64,000 bases of DNA from Ylistrum balloti (Eukaryota): assembly GCF_031769215.1 (NCBI RefSeq), contig NW_026782116.1:1364001-1428000 (forward strand), written 5' to 3'. Made by a program: the position numbers and the translations under genes. The notes below the pieces were generated by a model. The model was not told the origin of the DNA. It was given only the letters and a program-made list of their open reading frames with translations, and did not search any database. Positions 24,721-39,100 of the stretch are shown here, piece by piece. The stretch's first letter is position 1, and each line of letters opens with the position of its first letter.

Positions 24721-26062
24721 TTAAAACAGTTCAAAGTTTCTGTCTATCCATCCTATTGTCCCAGGTATACAGGAGACTATCTCTGTGAGCATGCGCACAA
24801 CATTTTCCGCCGATTCTTCTGTGATCTCACTTTTTCGTTTGCAGACCACTCTGTAAACATTGTTCAATTCATATGATTCGAGGTTTGGTCGAAATTGACG
24901 AACAGCTTTACGAAGGCTTGTACAAAGTAGCCCGGAGTTGTTGATGTTTCTATCTAACCTGTTCAGTTCTTTTCGAATGACTTTATAATCGTATATCTCT
25001 GCTGTATACGACACCAGACAAACTGGTTTGGGAAGTCGTTCTATAAAGTTGTTGATTATAGTAAAATCTTCGTCATTTATAGCGTGACTGCTCTCAACAG
25101 AACTGTCCAGAAGATCTGTAACACAGAAAATGACGCAAGATTTACGTTTCGGGGATACGATATACAACGGAAGTTAGAAACTTGGAAATGTTTCAGCAGC
25201 ATATCAACAATGAAGACTTTGTAAAACCCATTGTTGTTATATTTTAATAAAGTTTGTGTGATGAAGGTATTTAATCCACGATTGTTTAAAAGACATACAA
25301 TTGAATGGCATCTTACAATACAAAGTTAAAATTAGTTAGAGACAAATTCTAGGACTTGTCAGTGATGAATCTAAAACCTTAGAGTGTGAAATATATTTCT
25401 GTCGCACTTCTTAGTCAAAGGTAAGAAAAGGTTTCCTTACGTCAGTCATACTTTTTGAAATGCTTGAACTGGTCAATCTTGACAGAATGATATTCCATCG
25501 GAAGGTCTGAACACACCTTATTACCTCTAATTTTACAGACGTAAGCCTTTCAAGAGATATGTAAAGGAATGATATACCACATTTGTACGAGTTGTTTTTC
25601 CCTATTTTGGGGGCGCAATGAATAAATGAAGTACGTTGCATTGTCAATATTCCCGTTTTTCCCTTTTTTCTCATTTTGTCCTTTTTAGTGTTATTACATT
25701 ATATTGCTTTGAATTAATAATGGTCAAAAAGTGTTTAACGACTTTCCATACTTTTACAATTTCAGATATAAAGTACCTGTATTTTCCATGACGCGGATAG
25801 GTATTGGTGATCTGTGGGGTTTGAAGGTCATAGTCAACCTGTTTAGAGCCCGAGGGAGCCCCTGTCCGGCCAAGAGAAGGATGTCTGAACGCTCGATGGC
25901 CAGCAAACTGATCTCAAGGATACTTGGATTTAAAGGAAGAAGAGCGCTGCCAGTCAGTCCAACAAACACAAATGTGGAAATTTCTTGTTGGTGAATATCT
26001 GTCTTTGTTTGCCTGCTGTGTTTAGCAGGCGTACAAAACGTGTCGTCTCTTTCCTTCTCCAT
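24721..26062 (-). CDS. TREX1/TREX2-like DEDDh exonuclease-fold protein, predicted catalytically inactive (~226 aa)
   Basis: Exons 26062-25777 and 25115-24721, phase 1, open frame. Family-like segments TFVFVGLTGSAL..P.ILEISLLAIER, PRALNRLT, FIERLPKPVCLVS, YDYKVIRKEL and SAENVVRML. Confidence 0.8.
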
Positions 26063-26660
26063 TTCTTTCTTAAGTGGACCATGAAAAATAGAAAATAACA
26101 TGATCCATAAACAGACAAAACAGTATTGACAAAATGCACCAAATCATAAGAATTAAGGGGCATCAGAAGGTTAATTAATAATATGCACGTGCTAATTAAA
26201 TAGCTGGTTGTATCTGTCAATAGATTGAATGAAATTAAACATTAAGTATAATACATTTTTCATGAAAACCTTTCGTTTGAAAAATAAGTATATATTTCAA
26301 TGTTTATCTAATTCGGTGTTAGCATGAAAAAAATGTAACCGAGAGCAATATTAAGTGAGTATAAGGATGAGGGGGATGATGGAACAGAAAAAAGTAATAG
26401 TGAAAAATTATGCTGATATTGAGCTGAAGGTCGGACAATATTAGAGGTATCAGATTCAGGATATTGAAGATTCTACAGTTAACAGAATAACAACAGTTGA
26501 ACGCCTTTATATTTTTCCAGGCCATCCCATGTTTTCTAACGGCGAATCAAACAAATGTACAAGGAGACAACTTATATCACTTAATTCTTTGAAAAAAAGA
26601 GATACATGGTATTATACGCTCGAGAACCTATGTAATTAAATTATTTAAAAAGAGAGACAT

Positions 26661-26824
26661 GACCCAGTTTCATTAATCTCCCTTAACTTAAAATTCCCCT
26701 CGGAAAAGCATTACTTACGTTAAGGAAATGTTCTTAGATTAAAGGTTTTCCTTAACATACGTAATGTGTGTTCTATGGTGGTTAACATTTTCTTTAGTTA
26801 AGGAAGATTCGTGAAACTAGGGCC
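26661..26824. mobile_element. MITE with ~28-bp imperfect terminal inverted repeats
   Basis: Left end gacccagtttcattaatctcccttaact. The reverse complement of the right end is ggccctagtttcacgaatcttccttaact. Confidence 0.65.
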
Positions 26825-29800
26825 TGGTATTAGATGAACGAATAACATTAAAAGGGGAATACCACTTGGAAAAAATCCGTATGTTTAGAATAATAGACTT
26901 ATTAAGATATTTGATATCAAGAATAACCACTTTGGAAGGCTTTCATTATTCTGCAAACAGAAAGTTAAAGAACTAATATTAAAATAAAAGACAAAAATAT
27001 TGTTGATGTACCTTGACGCATGTTGATAATTTTTGGATTATACAAAAAATATACAATAAAAGCATACTTTCATAACCCAGGTTTCCATAGAAACTATATT
27101 TTGTGTTACCTGAAAAACGTATATTATGTCATATATACCTGTTTTTCCCCAAAAATAATAATAATAATAATAAATAGAAGAAAATAATAGATGCTGAGGT
27201 TAAAACTCTATAAAGACTAGGAGTTGATTAAGTGATAGTGGAAGAGAGATAACTGTGGTATATAGATCTTTCTACCTACCAATGTTCCGTGTGGTACGAT
27301 CTGTCAGTCCCAGGTTTAGAGATGGTACACAGTACTACAGGACAACCGGTAAATAAAGACAAATCTGGTATGATGACCTATTTCACCGTCACTAAGATGT
27401 ACAATTGTTAAAACAATGTCTTCTTTCAGGCATTTCAGTTGTACACTTCCGATTATCTCCCTTAGTGAATGAGGTATCTAAAGGTAAAATGCATGGATAA
27501 CTTGATATCTCACAGCTAACATATGCATAAAGAAATATATTTCCCGTTTTAAAATGTGTTACGTTATAGAAAGTACCTATATGTGATTTATTAAGAAAAT
27601 TATCAAATTAAACGATTTTTAATCTCGAACATCACCATATATTTTGTTTTATGTCAGAGAATTGAGAGGACAATAATGTCGACATTTAGCTATGCATCCG
27701 CAACAACACACCGTACTGCGTTTCCCAGACTGTTGCGTATTTGGATCAATATTTTACGTAATGGTGTAAACATATATACACGCGTGTTAAACGCAAATGC
27801 TCCAACAGTAGAAAAGATAAATATATTAATTGAATTTCGACGTCAGTGCAACAAATTAACTACTGTCGTCTTAAGAGCAAAACCAAGCAGCCGTTTCAGA
27901 AAAATAATAAAAATGTCCTGAACTATAGACTGCCAAACTGATGAAGAACAATTTGTAAACTGATGTGTTCTGTGGATATCAATTGCAATGATAACTACTG
28001 TTTTTTGGTAAATCTACTTCAAGCAACAGAATGAATGGAAAAGTTTTGGAGAAAATTCATCTTTCCCTAAATGATCTGATTCCATTAATGAAAAAAAAGG
28101 TTTTAGTCCCAACGACCTTAAATTTGATGGCAGGATATTCGATTTAAATGTATAATATAAGTATTCCAGCCTCGTCTATGTCAAATAACTGTTCCCCAAC
28201 ACAAATGTGTTCCGCTTTAACATTTAATTAAACAGCGTCTTGATAAGGACAGCGGTAGTATAAAATGGCTCTACGTTTTGACATTTTTGTTATTACATTT
28301 TATATATGTATTTCCTCCAATGATGGAGAGTTACAGAAATAGAGAGAAGATATGACAACAAGAAACACGTATTTGCACGTACTTACACAAAAACCCACGT
28401 ACGGATATACATTGACAAGCACATGCATACACACGTTTAGACGTGCACGGAATAATTTGTTTCGCGATACACAAATATATACCTTTCATCAACATATTGT
28501 TTTTCTGTTCGTCTCATTCTAAGAGTTCAAGATTCATTTAACCAATTGAGGCACATAATGAACATAATGATATTATATAGAATATTATACATATGATATT
28601 TCATCAGTTCGTGAATCCGTTAGTACCCACGAAATGAACGAAAATTAAAAAAAACAAACAAACACGAAAATTAATGCTTTCACAGTAACTTCATATGCTT
28701 GCATTCATAGATATTTGGTCAGATATGTAGTTATGGTAAAACTTTAAGGAAACATAAAACAGCGATTATGAAATATTCGTCCAATACTGTATAATATATA
28801 TCTATGTAAATAAACACGAAAAACCTCCAAATACAAATCCAAACATGCCACTAGCTTTGATTATAAACAAAAATACGACTCTTTATTATAATTATCTGCA
28901 ACAAGTTATGTGAATAAATGTTTTGAAGAGATACTCAGATAATATATATATATATATATATCTGTTGGAACATTGTTTAATGTGGAAAGTTCGTTGAGTA
29001 TGAAACAATGAAAATTGATAAAACAAAACTGAGCCGCAATCTAATTTTACCTTTATGGAATATCCATGGACATGTGTACCACCTGGATACAAGCGATCAA
29101 AATAACTTCAAAACAAACAGAATCATTTTCCATCATTTTACTTCGAAAGACTGACCTTTTGGTAAGACACCACAAGACTTTGCAAGACAAATGTACCCGG
29201 TATATATGTATCTCAAAGTGCACGAATTACAAATAAGTGAGTTTAGACCCAGCATAGACTGCAAGATTGTCACTGACGACTATCAGTGTGACGGGCCAAA
29301 GATCGATTCTTCTTCCACAGTAACATTTATGGACAAGGAGACACACAGAGACAGTAGTACAGGGGAACATTAGTTCATACTTACTGCTTTAGAGGATACG
29401 CCAACGTCTTTACAGCACGTGTTGATTACTACTTGTAATCTGTAGCCTTAATATGTACATCGCAGTGCAATATTCACTATGTGTTAATCTCCTAGTGAGT
29501 ATCACAATGTCTTATGTAAATATTATTCCTATATTGCGTCTATTTATAAGTCCAGGTAGTACCCCATTCAGACATTAGTTCAGTTCAAAGGTCACATTAC
29601 TACTGTTTAGTTCCAAATCTGGGCCATTATAGTATCACTTACCCTTAGTTACCTAACATTGATCAGGTTTTGTTTCGAGTATTATTTGTTCGAAATTATA
29701 ATATAACACATTGACTGGTTATGGTCTATTAACGAGAGCATATATAAGTAGACGTGATTAACACCAAAAATAGATTATCTTCTTTTCACAAACTGATTGC

Positions 29801-29869
29801 TGTGAGTATTATTATATTTTTACACGATTATTGCTTGTCATGATTATTCTCAAGCAAAGGGGAGTCATA

Positions 29870-32750
29870 CGAAAGGTGACAGGAATTCATAGTTTTTGAC
29901 AGAGGCGTGATATCAAAGGCGATAGGAATTGATAATTTTTGACATAGGCGTGATGTCAAAAGCGATATGAATTGATAGTTGTGGATAGAGGCGTGATATT
30001 AAAGGCGAAAGGAATTGATAGTTGTGGACAGAGGCGCGATATTAAAGGCGAAAGGGCTTGATAGTTTTTGTCAGAGGGGTGATATCAAAGGCGATATGAA
30101 TTGATAGTTGTGGACAGAGGCGTGATATTAAAGGCGATAGGGCTTGATAGTTTTTGTCAGAGGCGTGATATCAAAGGCGATAGGATTTGATAGTTGTGGA
30201 CAGAGGCGTGATATTAAAGGCGACAGTAATTGATAGTTGTGGACAGAGGCGTGATATTAAAGGCGACAGTAATTGATAGTTGTGGATAGAGGCGTGATAT
30301 TAAAGGCGAAAGGAATTGATAGTTGTGGACAGAGGCGTGATATTAAAGGCGAAAGGGCTTGATAGTTTTTGTCGGAGGCGTGATATTAAAGGCGATAGGA
30401 TTTGATAGTTGTGGACAGAGGCGTGATATTAAAGGCGATAGGGCTTGATAGTTTTTGTCAGAGGCGTGATATCAAAGGCGATAGGATTTGATAGTTTTTG
30501 TCAGAGGCGTGATATTAAAGGAGATATGAATTGATAGTTGTGGACAGAGGCGTGACATTAAAGGCGATATGAATTGATAGTTTTGGACAGAGGCGTGATA
30601 TTAAAGGCGAAATGAATTGATAGTTGTGGACAGAGGCGTGATATTAAAGGCGAAAGGGCTTGATAGTTTTTGTCAGAGGGGTGATATCAAAGGCGATATG
30701 AATTGATAGTTGTGGACAGAGGCGTGATATTAAAGGCGACAGTAATTGATAGTTGTGGACAGAGGCGTGATATTTAAGGCGATAGGGCCCGATAGTTTTT
30801 GTCAGAGGCGTGATATTAAAAGCGATAGGAATTGATAGTTGTGGACAGAGGCGTGATAGTAAAAGCGATAGGAATGGATAGTTGTGGACAGAAGCGTGAT
30901 ATTAAAGGCGATAGGAATTGATAGTTGTGGACAGATGCGTGATATTAAAGGTGATAGGGCCCGATAGTTTTTGTCAGAGGCGTGATATTAAAGGCGATAT
31001 GAATTGATAGTTGTGGACAGAGGTGTGATAGTAAAGGCGATAGGAATTGATAGATGTGGACAGAGGCGTGATATTAAAGGCGATAGGGCTTGATAGTTTT
31101 TGTCAGAGGCGTGATATCAAAGGCGATAGGATTTGATAGTTGTGGACAGAGGCGTGATATTAAAGGCGACAGTAATTGATAGTTGTGGATAGAGGCGTGA
31201 TATTAAAGGCGAAAGGAATTGATAGTTGTGGACAGAGGCGTGATATTAAAGGCGATAGGATTTGATAGTTGTGGACAGAGGCGTGATATTAAAGGCGATA
31301 GGGCTTGAAAGTTTTTGTCAGAGGCGTGATATCAAAGGCGATAGGATTTGATAGTTTTTGTCAGAGGCGTGATATTAAAGGAGATATGAATTGATAGTTG
31401 TGGACAGAGGCGTGACATTAAAGGCGATATGAATTGATAGTTTTGGACAGAGGCGTGATATCAAAGGCGATAGGATTTGATAGTTGTGGATAGAGGCGTG
31501 ATATTAAAGGCGATAGGGCCCAATAGTTTTTGTCAGAGGCGTGATATTAAAGGCGAAAGGGCTTGATAGTTTTTGTCAGAGGGGTGATATCAAAGGCGAT
31601 AGGGCTTGATAGTTTTTGTCAGAGGCGTGATATTAAAGGCGAAAGGATTTGATAGTTGTGGACAGAGGCGTGATTTCAAAGGCGACAGTAATTGATAGTT
31701 GTGAATAGAGGCGTGATATTAAAGGCGAAAGGAATTAATAGTTGTGGACATAGGCGTGATATTAAAGGCGAAAGGGCTTGATAGTTTTTGTCAGAGGGGT
31801 GATATCAAAGGCGATAGGGCTTGATAGTTTTTGTCAGAGGCGTGATATTAAAGGCGATAGGATTTGATAGTTGTGGACAGAGGCGTGATTTTAAAGGCGA
31901 TAGGGCCCGATAGTTTTTGTCAGAGGCGTGATTTTAAAGGCGATAGGGCCCGATAGTTTTTGTCAGAGGCGTGATATCAAAGGCGATAGGATTTGATAGT
32001 TGTGGATAGAGGCGTGATATTAAAGGCGATGGGGCCCGATAGTATTTGTCAGAGGCGTGATATCAAAGGCGATAGGATTTGATAGTTATGAACAGAGGCG
32101 TGATATTAAAGGCGACAGTAATTGATAGTTGTGGACAGAGGCGTGATATTAAAGGCGAAATGAATTGATAGTTGTGGATAGAGGCGTGATATTAAAGGCG
32201 AAAGGGCTTGATAGTTTTTGTCAGAGGGATGATATCAAAGGCGATATGAATTGATAGTTGTGGACAGAGGCGTGATATTAAAGGCGACAGTAATTGATAG
32301 TTGTGGACAGAGGCGTGATATTTAAGGCGATAGGGCTTGATAGTTTTTGTCAGAGGCGTGATATTAAAGGCGAAATGAATTGATAGTTGTGGACAGATGC
32401 GTGATATTAAAGGTGATAGGGCCCGATAGTTTTTGTCAGAGGCGTGATATTAAAAGCGATAGGAATTGATAGTTATGGACAGAGGCGTGATAGTAAAAGC
32501 GATAGGAATGGATAGTTGTGGACAGAAGCGTGATATTAAAGGCGATAGGAATTGATAGTTGTGGACATGCGTGATATTAAAGGTGATAGGGCCCGATAGT
32601 TTTTGTCAGAGGCGTGATATTAAAGGCGATATGAATTGATAGTTGTGGACAGATGCGTGATATTAAAGGTGATAGGGCCCGATAGTTTTTGTCAGAGGTG
32701 TGATAGTAAAGGCGATAGGAATTGATAGATGTGGACAGAGGCGTGATATT
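29870..32750. repeat. 43-bp satellite, ~67 units, two interspersed variants
   Basis: Units gatagttgtggacagaggcgtgatattaaaggcgataggaatt and gatagtttttgtcagaggcgtgatatcaaaggcgatagggctt, period 43. Confidence 0.97.
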
Positions 32751-33059
32751 AGTGACGTTGATATAGGGTGTAACACATTGGTAAAATGTCATTTAATTCA
32801 TGTTTCGGCATACTGTAAAGATTGTATTTTTGATGATTCAAATATTCGAGGTTTTACTACAAGCTAGGAGCCAATATATATATTTTCCACCACGGCAGTC
32901 ATAAAATGAATTATTGTTTTGGGTTTTTTATTCGTCTTATTTCCTTCTCATCTATTTGTTGCGGTTTCCTTCCATCAGGAGAAATGGTCTGTGTTACCAT
33001 GGTTGTGTCCTAGTCTGAACTATTTTAACAGTCTATCGTCCTTTTTAAATCTGTCTGGA

Positions 33060-33790
33060 ATCAATATATCGGCCTGTAGTCTGTATATGTACGTCGCAGA
33101 TCCCGAAGCCTGGTTTTTTCAGTGACAGGAGAGAGAGAGAGTGTTTAGTGCCTTAATCGGTAGTGCTTGTTGGGGGATGACTTAAACCCCTCGATTGTTG
33201 GCGAACACAATTTTATTCTCCATGTGGGACCAGTCTACCACAGTTCTTATAAAAAACAGTTCTTGTGTTTTAGAGTGGTGGCAATCTGTACTTGGAATGG
33301 TTTGTTATTGTTGGTAGCATATGTGTCTACAGTATTTTTGGTTATATAACTACCTAAATGCCTTGATGTCTTGATGACTTTTAGGTCTAGATTTTTGTAA
33401 AAAGACCGATGAAGGTACACTGGTTCCAACTCCTCAACCACTTTGTACATGAATACGAGGTGTTGTGCTGTTTTTCTGGATTGTAGTGTTGGAAATTCCA
33501 GATCCTAAAGCATTTCTGTCATACAGACAATGAATCGAGTGATGCTGTTGGAATCATGAGGTCGCCACTGTTGGCCGTGTAAAATTGCAAATTGTTCCTA
33601 TTTCTGCTTGTTCTTGGGATGGGACAAAGTAAGGAATGAAGGGTACCATCACGTGCAACATAATAGGCAAACTATTTTGCGTGTCCCATCACCAATTGGC
33701 TTTGTTTGATATGTTATTTGGGAATTCCATGTAAAGTTTTCAATTATTGTTAAGGTTGAACATATGGAATAATACACGGAATCTGCTTGT
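33060..33790 (-). mobile_element. Decayed 3' end of a CR1/L2-like LINE
   Basis: Minus-strand frames give ENFTWNSQI, ML*DLEFPTLQSRKTAQHLVFMYKVV and HKNCF-RTVVDWSHM, typical of the post-RT C-terminus of this LINE group. Followed by a short 3' tail. Confidence 0.75.
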
Positions 33791-36153
33791 TGAGTTTGTC
33801 CACGGAGTATGTAATGTAATGGTATCACTATTGAAAAGAGTTTTAAGTATATTTAGTAAAAGTTTTTGAATGAGTGAAGCACTGCTCGCTCATCATATCA
33901 ATTACACAGATAGAGTTCTAAAATTAAAATATCCATGCCCTACCAATATATGGTCAAGACTCAATAAAATTCTAAAAAGCCAATACACAGACATAGAAAC
34001 CATCGGTCCTGCTATTATTGTAAATCCATTTTTTGATTGTGGAAATGTTGTACTGGTAGCATGATTCATCACGACAAGGACAAAATAATTAAAAAACTTA
34101 CATTTACACAATTCATTGAAAATATGAAGACACAAAAAAATGTCAAAAAATATTGAAACATCATTGAAGAAAGTTCTTATTTTACACATCGTAGACATTT
34201 TAGCCAGATTTGAAAGGAGCCTGTTCCATTAATGGATAGTCATACTTACAGATTGATGTTAAGTACAATGTGTATGTAGTTTCTGCTGACTGAAAATGAC
34301 AGGAACATAAACTCCCTTACTTTTTAATAACTACATACTTAACAGCCATGAATATAACATCATAATTAGTTTTCAGACAATGTGTCTGAAATTCCTATAG
34401 CAAAATCGAAACAAACAGCTAACCATATGAAATGTATATTTTATTAGTATCTAAATCTACCAATACATTTAGTGCACTTAAAAATATTTAGACATCAGAT
34501 TAAGGCATGATAATATTAATGACTAAATCTACAGCCATGATGTACAGACAGGTAAAAAAATATTCTAATACACACTACAAACAAGTCATACGAAATATAA
34601 ACCTATGAAACTCTCAAAGCACGGCCATTTAATTGCAACACACATGTAAACCAGTATGTGTAAAATTCTACTGTGTCAAAGGTAGTTATTATCTACCTTA
34701 CTTGAGTATAAAAATGTTGGAAGTATTCACACCATTATATACTTTGTATATAATAAAATAATATAAAGACATAGCAAATTTTGTTTTTTTACACCTGTAG
34801 TTGTAAATACAATTAACATACATGCAGCAAAGCTGTTTACATAATTGACATGCATGCAGCATAAACAGTTGGCATATATATTAATACTATGAAGCAAAAC
34901 TGTTGCGTATATAGTAATATTCATTTAACATAAATATTGACTAAGTAACAGGCATACATTACAATATTTTGATACACAAAAGATTGACTGATCTCTATAT
35001 TCCTTTATGGCAGGGACATGACATCTTCAATTAACACAGGCAATTGCTTTAAATGAATTTATCCTTGTCACCTTTTACTAATAACTTAACAATCAAATAC
35101 ACAAGATCATAGCTTATCTATATAAACATTTGTACATCTTCCTATTTATAAATTTCAAGGAAATAAACCAGTAAAAGATGGCATAAATTCAGTAAAATTG
35201 ATTATTTAGAAAAAAGTTTTTTAAAAAAATGGCAATAAGAATTATCCAATGAACTTGACCAAGAACATAGCCTGTGAAATGTTTATAACTGTATGAACTA
35301 ACTCGACTTTATAGAACTGAATCAAAATGACAATAGGGAAACCGAAAATTTCTGTCATTCAGTTCTGACGAATTTCAAAAGTCAAATTAATCTTACAGTG
35401 ATTTGAAATAGTCGGTGCCTTGTTAAGAAAACAAAGGAATTATGTTGCGTGGTTATTATCTGCACTCTGACTAGGAATCACACACAATCTTCCATTTCTC
35501 TGCCTTAATCTAAATTGTTTTTTCTTCTTTTCAATTGGTAAATTCTTCAGTTTTAATAGTAATTTACTCAACATTTTTTATAATCATGGTCATACAGAGT
35601 TTCTTTCATCATAATTTTCAATTCAGCTACATTTTAAATAACTCATCAGGTAGCACATATCAAGAAAATCTAGTGAATATGCTTATCTTCACCAAGTAAC
35701 CCTACAAAGTCTAAATATTGTTTGTTAATTTCTTTTTCAATTTTTTGTTTAGTCATATCATAATTGTATAGTGTACAGCATTAATGACCAGTAAGTGAGT
35801 CAGACAATACAAGATAACACCATGTCTTTATCTGCAGTTTACAAAAACATTTCTTTATTATGCTAATATAACTTATATTTCATGACATGGCCCGCTCAAA
35901 AACAACTTCAGATACAAGGTTTTCCTGAGAAATTCTACTTTCTTTAAACTACAAATTCATTATAGAAATGCAGTTGCACTTTGACTGGTACCATATATAA
36001 TTACACATATAGGTATACATATACCGTTACAAGTAAGTTATAAAATCAATGAGCCTATGCTGAAAAGTCAATGATACAAATGCTGCTGCCAAGTCAATAT
36101 AATGTCAGTATTGCTGCCATGGTTGTATAGTACGTAGTTTACAAAAAACACCT

Positions 36154-39100
36154 TCACTCTTGTTTCACTGGTACAAGCTTTCCCAGCTGTTGTCTGGCAG
36201 TTTTTGCCAACTGCTTTGGGTCAGATCCTAGAAGAGCATTGGCCAGTGTTAGGAACACTGTGGTCATTCCAAAGGCTACATGCCATATTGTGAAGGAAGT
36301 GGTGAGGATTTGGTTCAAACCCATGGTGATCAACAGTAGGACACATGCCTGTTATATATAAAACTTAGTTATAATGTTGGATTACAAAAGTAATATGTAC
36401 AATTTTAATTTAATCTTGAGGCTTATAAAACTTGGAAATTCAATTACACAAATTTTAAAAAGAAAACAAAGCTATGTTTGGTAATGACTTTAGTATGATT
36501 TTCATAATATATTGACATTCATGTTTTAATATGTTATTGATACTGCACAAGTCTGTAATTTTTGTAAGGTTGTTTTTTCAAACTAGTCTAGAACAACATT
36601 TCCAAACGTTTGGCGAGTTCCATTACTTAGTAAAATCATGAATCCAGGACTCAAATATTTGGGTAAAAGAAAAAGAATCCGACTAGTAAATGGTATAACA
36701 ATGAGCATAGAAATAGATTAAAATAAAGTACCAAATAGTTGGTACCACAATTCATTTCTCACTCTTGATATTTTTATCAGTAATTAAGTAACAATAAGTA
36801 TTAATTTTTATGATAAAACACGTACCAATGCATGGCTAAGAAGAACAGCTTTCTTGTCGTCTTCCCGTAAGAAATTGGAGGCCCTGCCCGACATGAAGGC
36901 CAGTGTAATGAATCCTACACCCATTAGTCTGGCATGGTGAACATGGGTAGAATCCAAAGTCAACGTTGAAGCCTAGAAAGTTATGTACAAAATTGTAAAT
37001 ACATACATGTTAAATGGGACTATTTTCCCCTACATCTTGTATATAATCAAAAAGATACAAAGATACTCGTGGATCTGGCAACACCTGGTGAAATCATATG
37101 AAGGCCTTATTGTTTTGAGTATTTTTTTTTCTCCAATGTATATTGTTAACATATTTCATTTGAATGTTCTGATTTGACAATCCTTTTTGTTGGAAACTGA
37201 AACTTTTCATTTTCATTTTTCAAAATATAACTTATACTTAACCAATATCTTGGTCTTTAGATTAGCATGTTTCTAAATCACACTTGTAACCAAGCTGATG
37301 CACTGTTAGAAATTGAGTTAGTGACAAAGTGAAGCCTTAATAACGAACATTAGTTCAGCAGAATAGTGGTATACTACAGCAAAGAGTGAATTTACTTGAT
37401 ATTTTGATTTTAAATGGTAGCTAGAACAATGTATAGCATTCATAACCCAAGGACCCCAGTACCCTTGTTATGTTTTGCTACAGGTAGTTATCAATTTGAT
37501 ATGCTGCTATTGTGTATGAAGAATTATTGACCTGTCAAATGAATGCACATGTGGTTATCAAGCACCAATAATCTTTGAATATCTCACCGATCAAGTACAC
37601 TAAATGATGGCACAACAGCAATTATACTTTTTGTATAATACATTGACTTGTTTCTTATTAAGACCCTGTGAATGATCTTAGGAACATTAATTTTTTAAAA
37701 CACATACCTGGCATAGGTATGGACTCCATACACTTATCTGTAAGGTAGTCTGCAATGTCTATGGTCCTTGGACATAAATATCAAAGCACAATTGTATATT
37801 TCTGATTTGAGTATTTCTGTGTAAAAGCCTAGAAAAAGAACTCACCACTTGACAAGAGTATATTTTTTGTGGGAAGACTACAGCTACGATTCCACATAAA
37901 AACCAGATGATGAAGTCCAATCGAAGGTGAGTGTTGCGACAGGAAGTAGAGACTTCAACATAACCTCCCCACTCCTTCTGTCTAATGGAGTGGAAAACAA
38001 ACAAACCAAACCATATCAGAAGGTTGTGTACAGCCAAGTTCTGCATCTGTAAAATGTATACAATAGAAACACTATGGTCATTTCACACATGAAAAGTTTA
38101 ACAAAAAAGTACATATGTTAAAGTGCTGATGTAGACTGCAAAATTAAAACAGTATCTGACATTCACATTGGTTTCTTGACATGAATAGCAGATAATCTAT
38201 TGACAATGATGTTACAGCCAACAAATAGTCGTAAATATCTGTAAACCTGAAATCTAAGATGAATGTCTCTGAGCCATTCATGCATTGGTTCTCATAAATA
38301 GATGTGAACAAAATGATTTTGAACAAGTTTTAAAAGCATATACAGTATATCATCCTTGATCCTCCTGGAGTTATCCCCTTCACTCTCTCCAACCCTGGAA
38401 CATTTCCTGGAAAAATTAAAGGTTCCATGTGTGATACTTTGTGGATAAGATGAGAATAGTTTGATCCTTTGATGTACATCAAACAAATCTCATTGTCATA
38501 AAATGTTATGTTGTACTAGCTTTTGTGATCTTCAAAGGAGCGTACCAGTCTGTGAATCCTTTTTCCTTTCTCCTGAAACCAGCTCTAGACCAAACAGATA
38601 CTTAGTTTGTGTTTTCACTTTTGCAATGAAATGATTATAACTCATGGAGTATCAAGGATGACAATGCATACCAAACCAACCTATTAAGAATAATAAAAAA
38701 CTGTACAGTTTTTACCTCTGGTATCTTTAGTGAAATGTTCAACTTTCTTGAGATTTAGCTCTAGCATGTTTTACTGGGTACAGGCAATATCTCATACCAG
38801 TATGTTAATTAATGTTTAGTTTTGTATATTAGTTAACACTTACATTCTGATTGACTTTAGCATTTCCTCTCAACAATCCAGCACCTTCTACCATCAGACA
38901 ACATCCAATGCACTAGAACAACAATAACCATTTTGTAATACATTATAGTAACTGATAGATCAGTTTGTATGTATATTATGTACTGATTATATATTAGAGC
39001 AATGTGATGGATGCAACTGTAAGTCAGATTTACATATGTATTTACTATCAAATAATTACTTTCATAAAATGCAGCTTTTATCAAACAAATCAAATTCCCT

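Noticed and set aside
29870-32750. Regular short repeats superficially resembling a CRISPR array (also 16790-18390)
   Set aside because: The units are head-to-tail with no unique spacers, the context is eukaryotic, and no cas genes are present.
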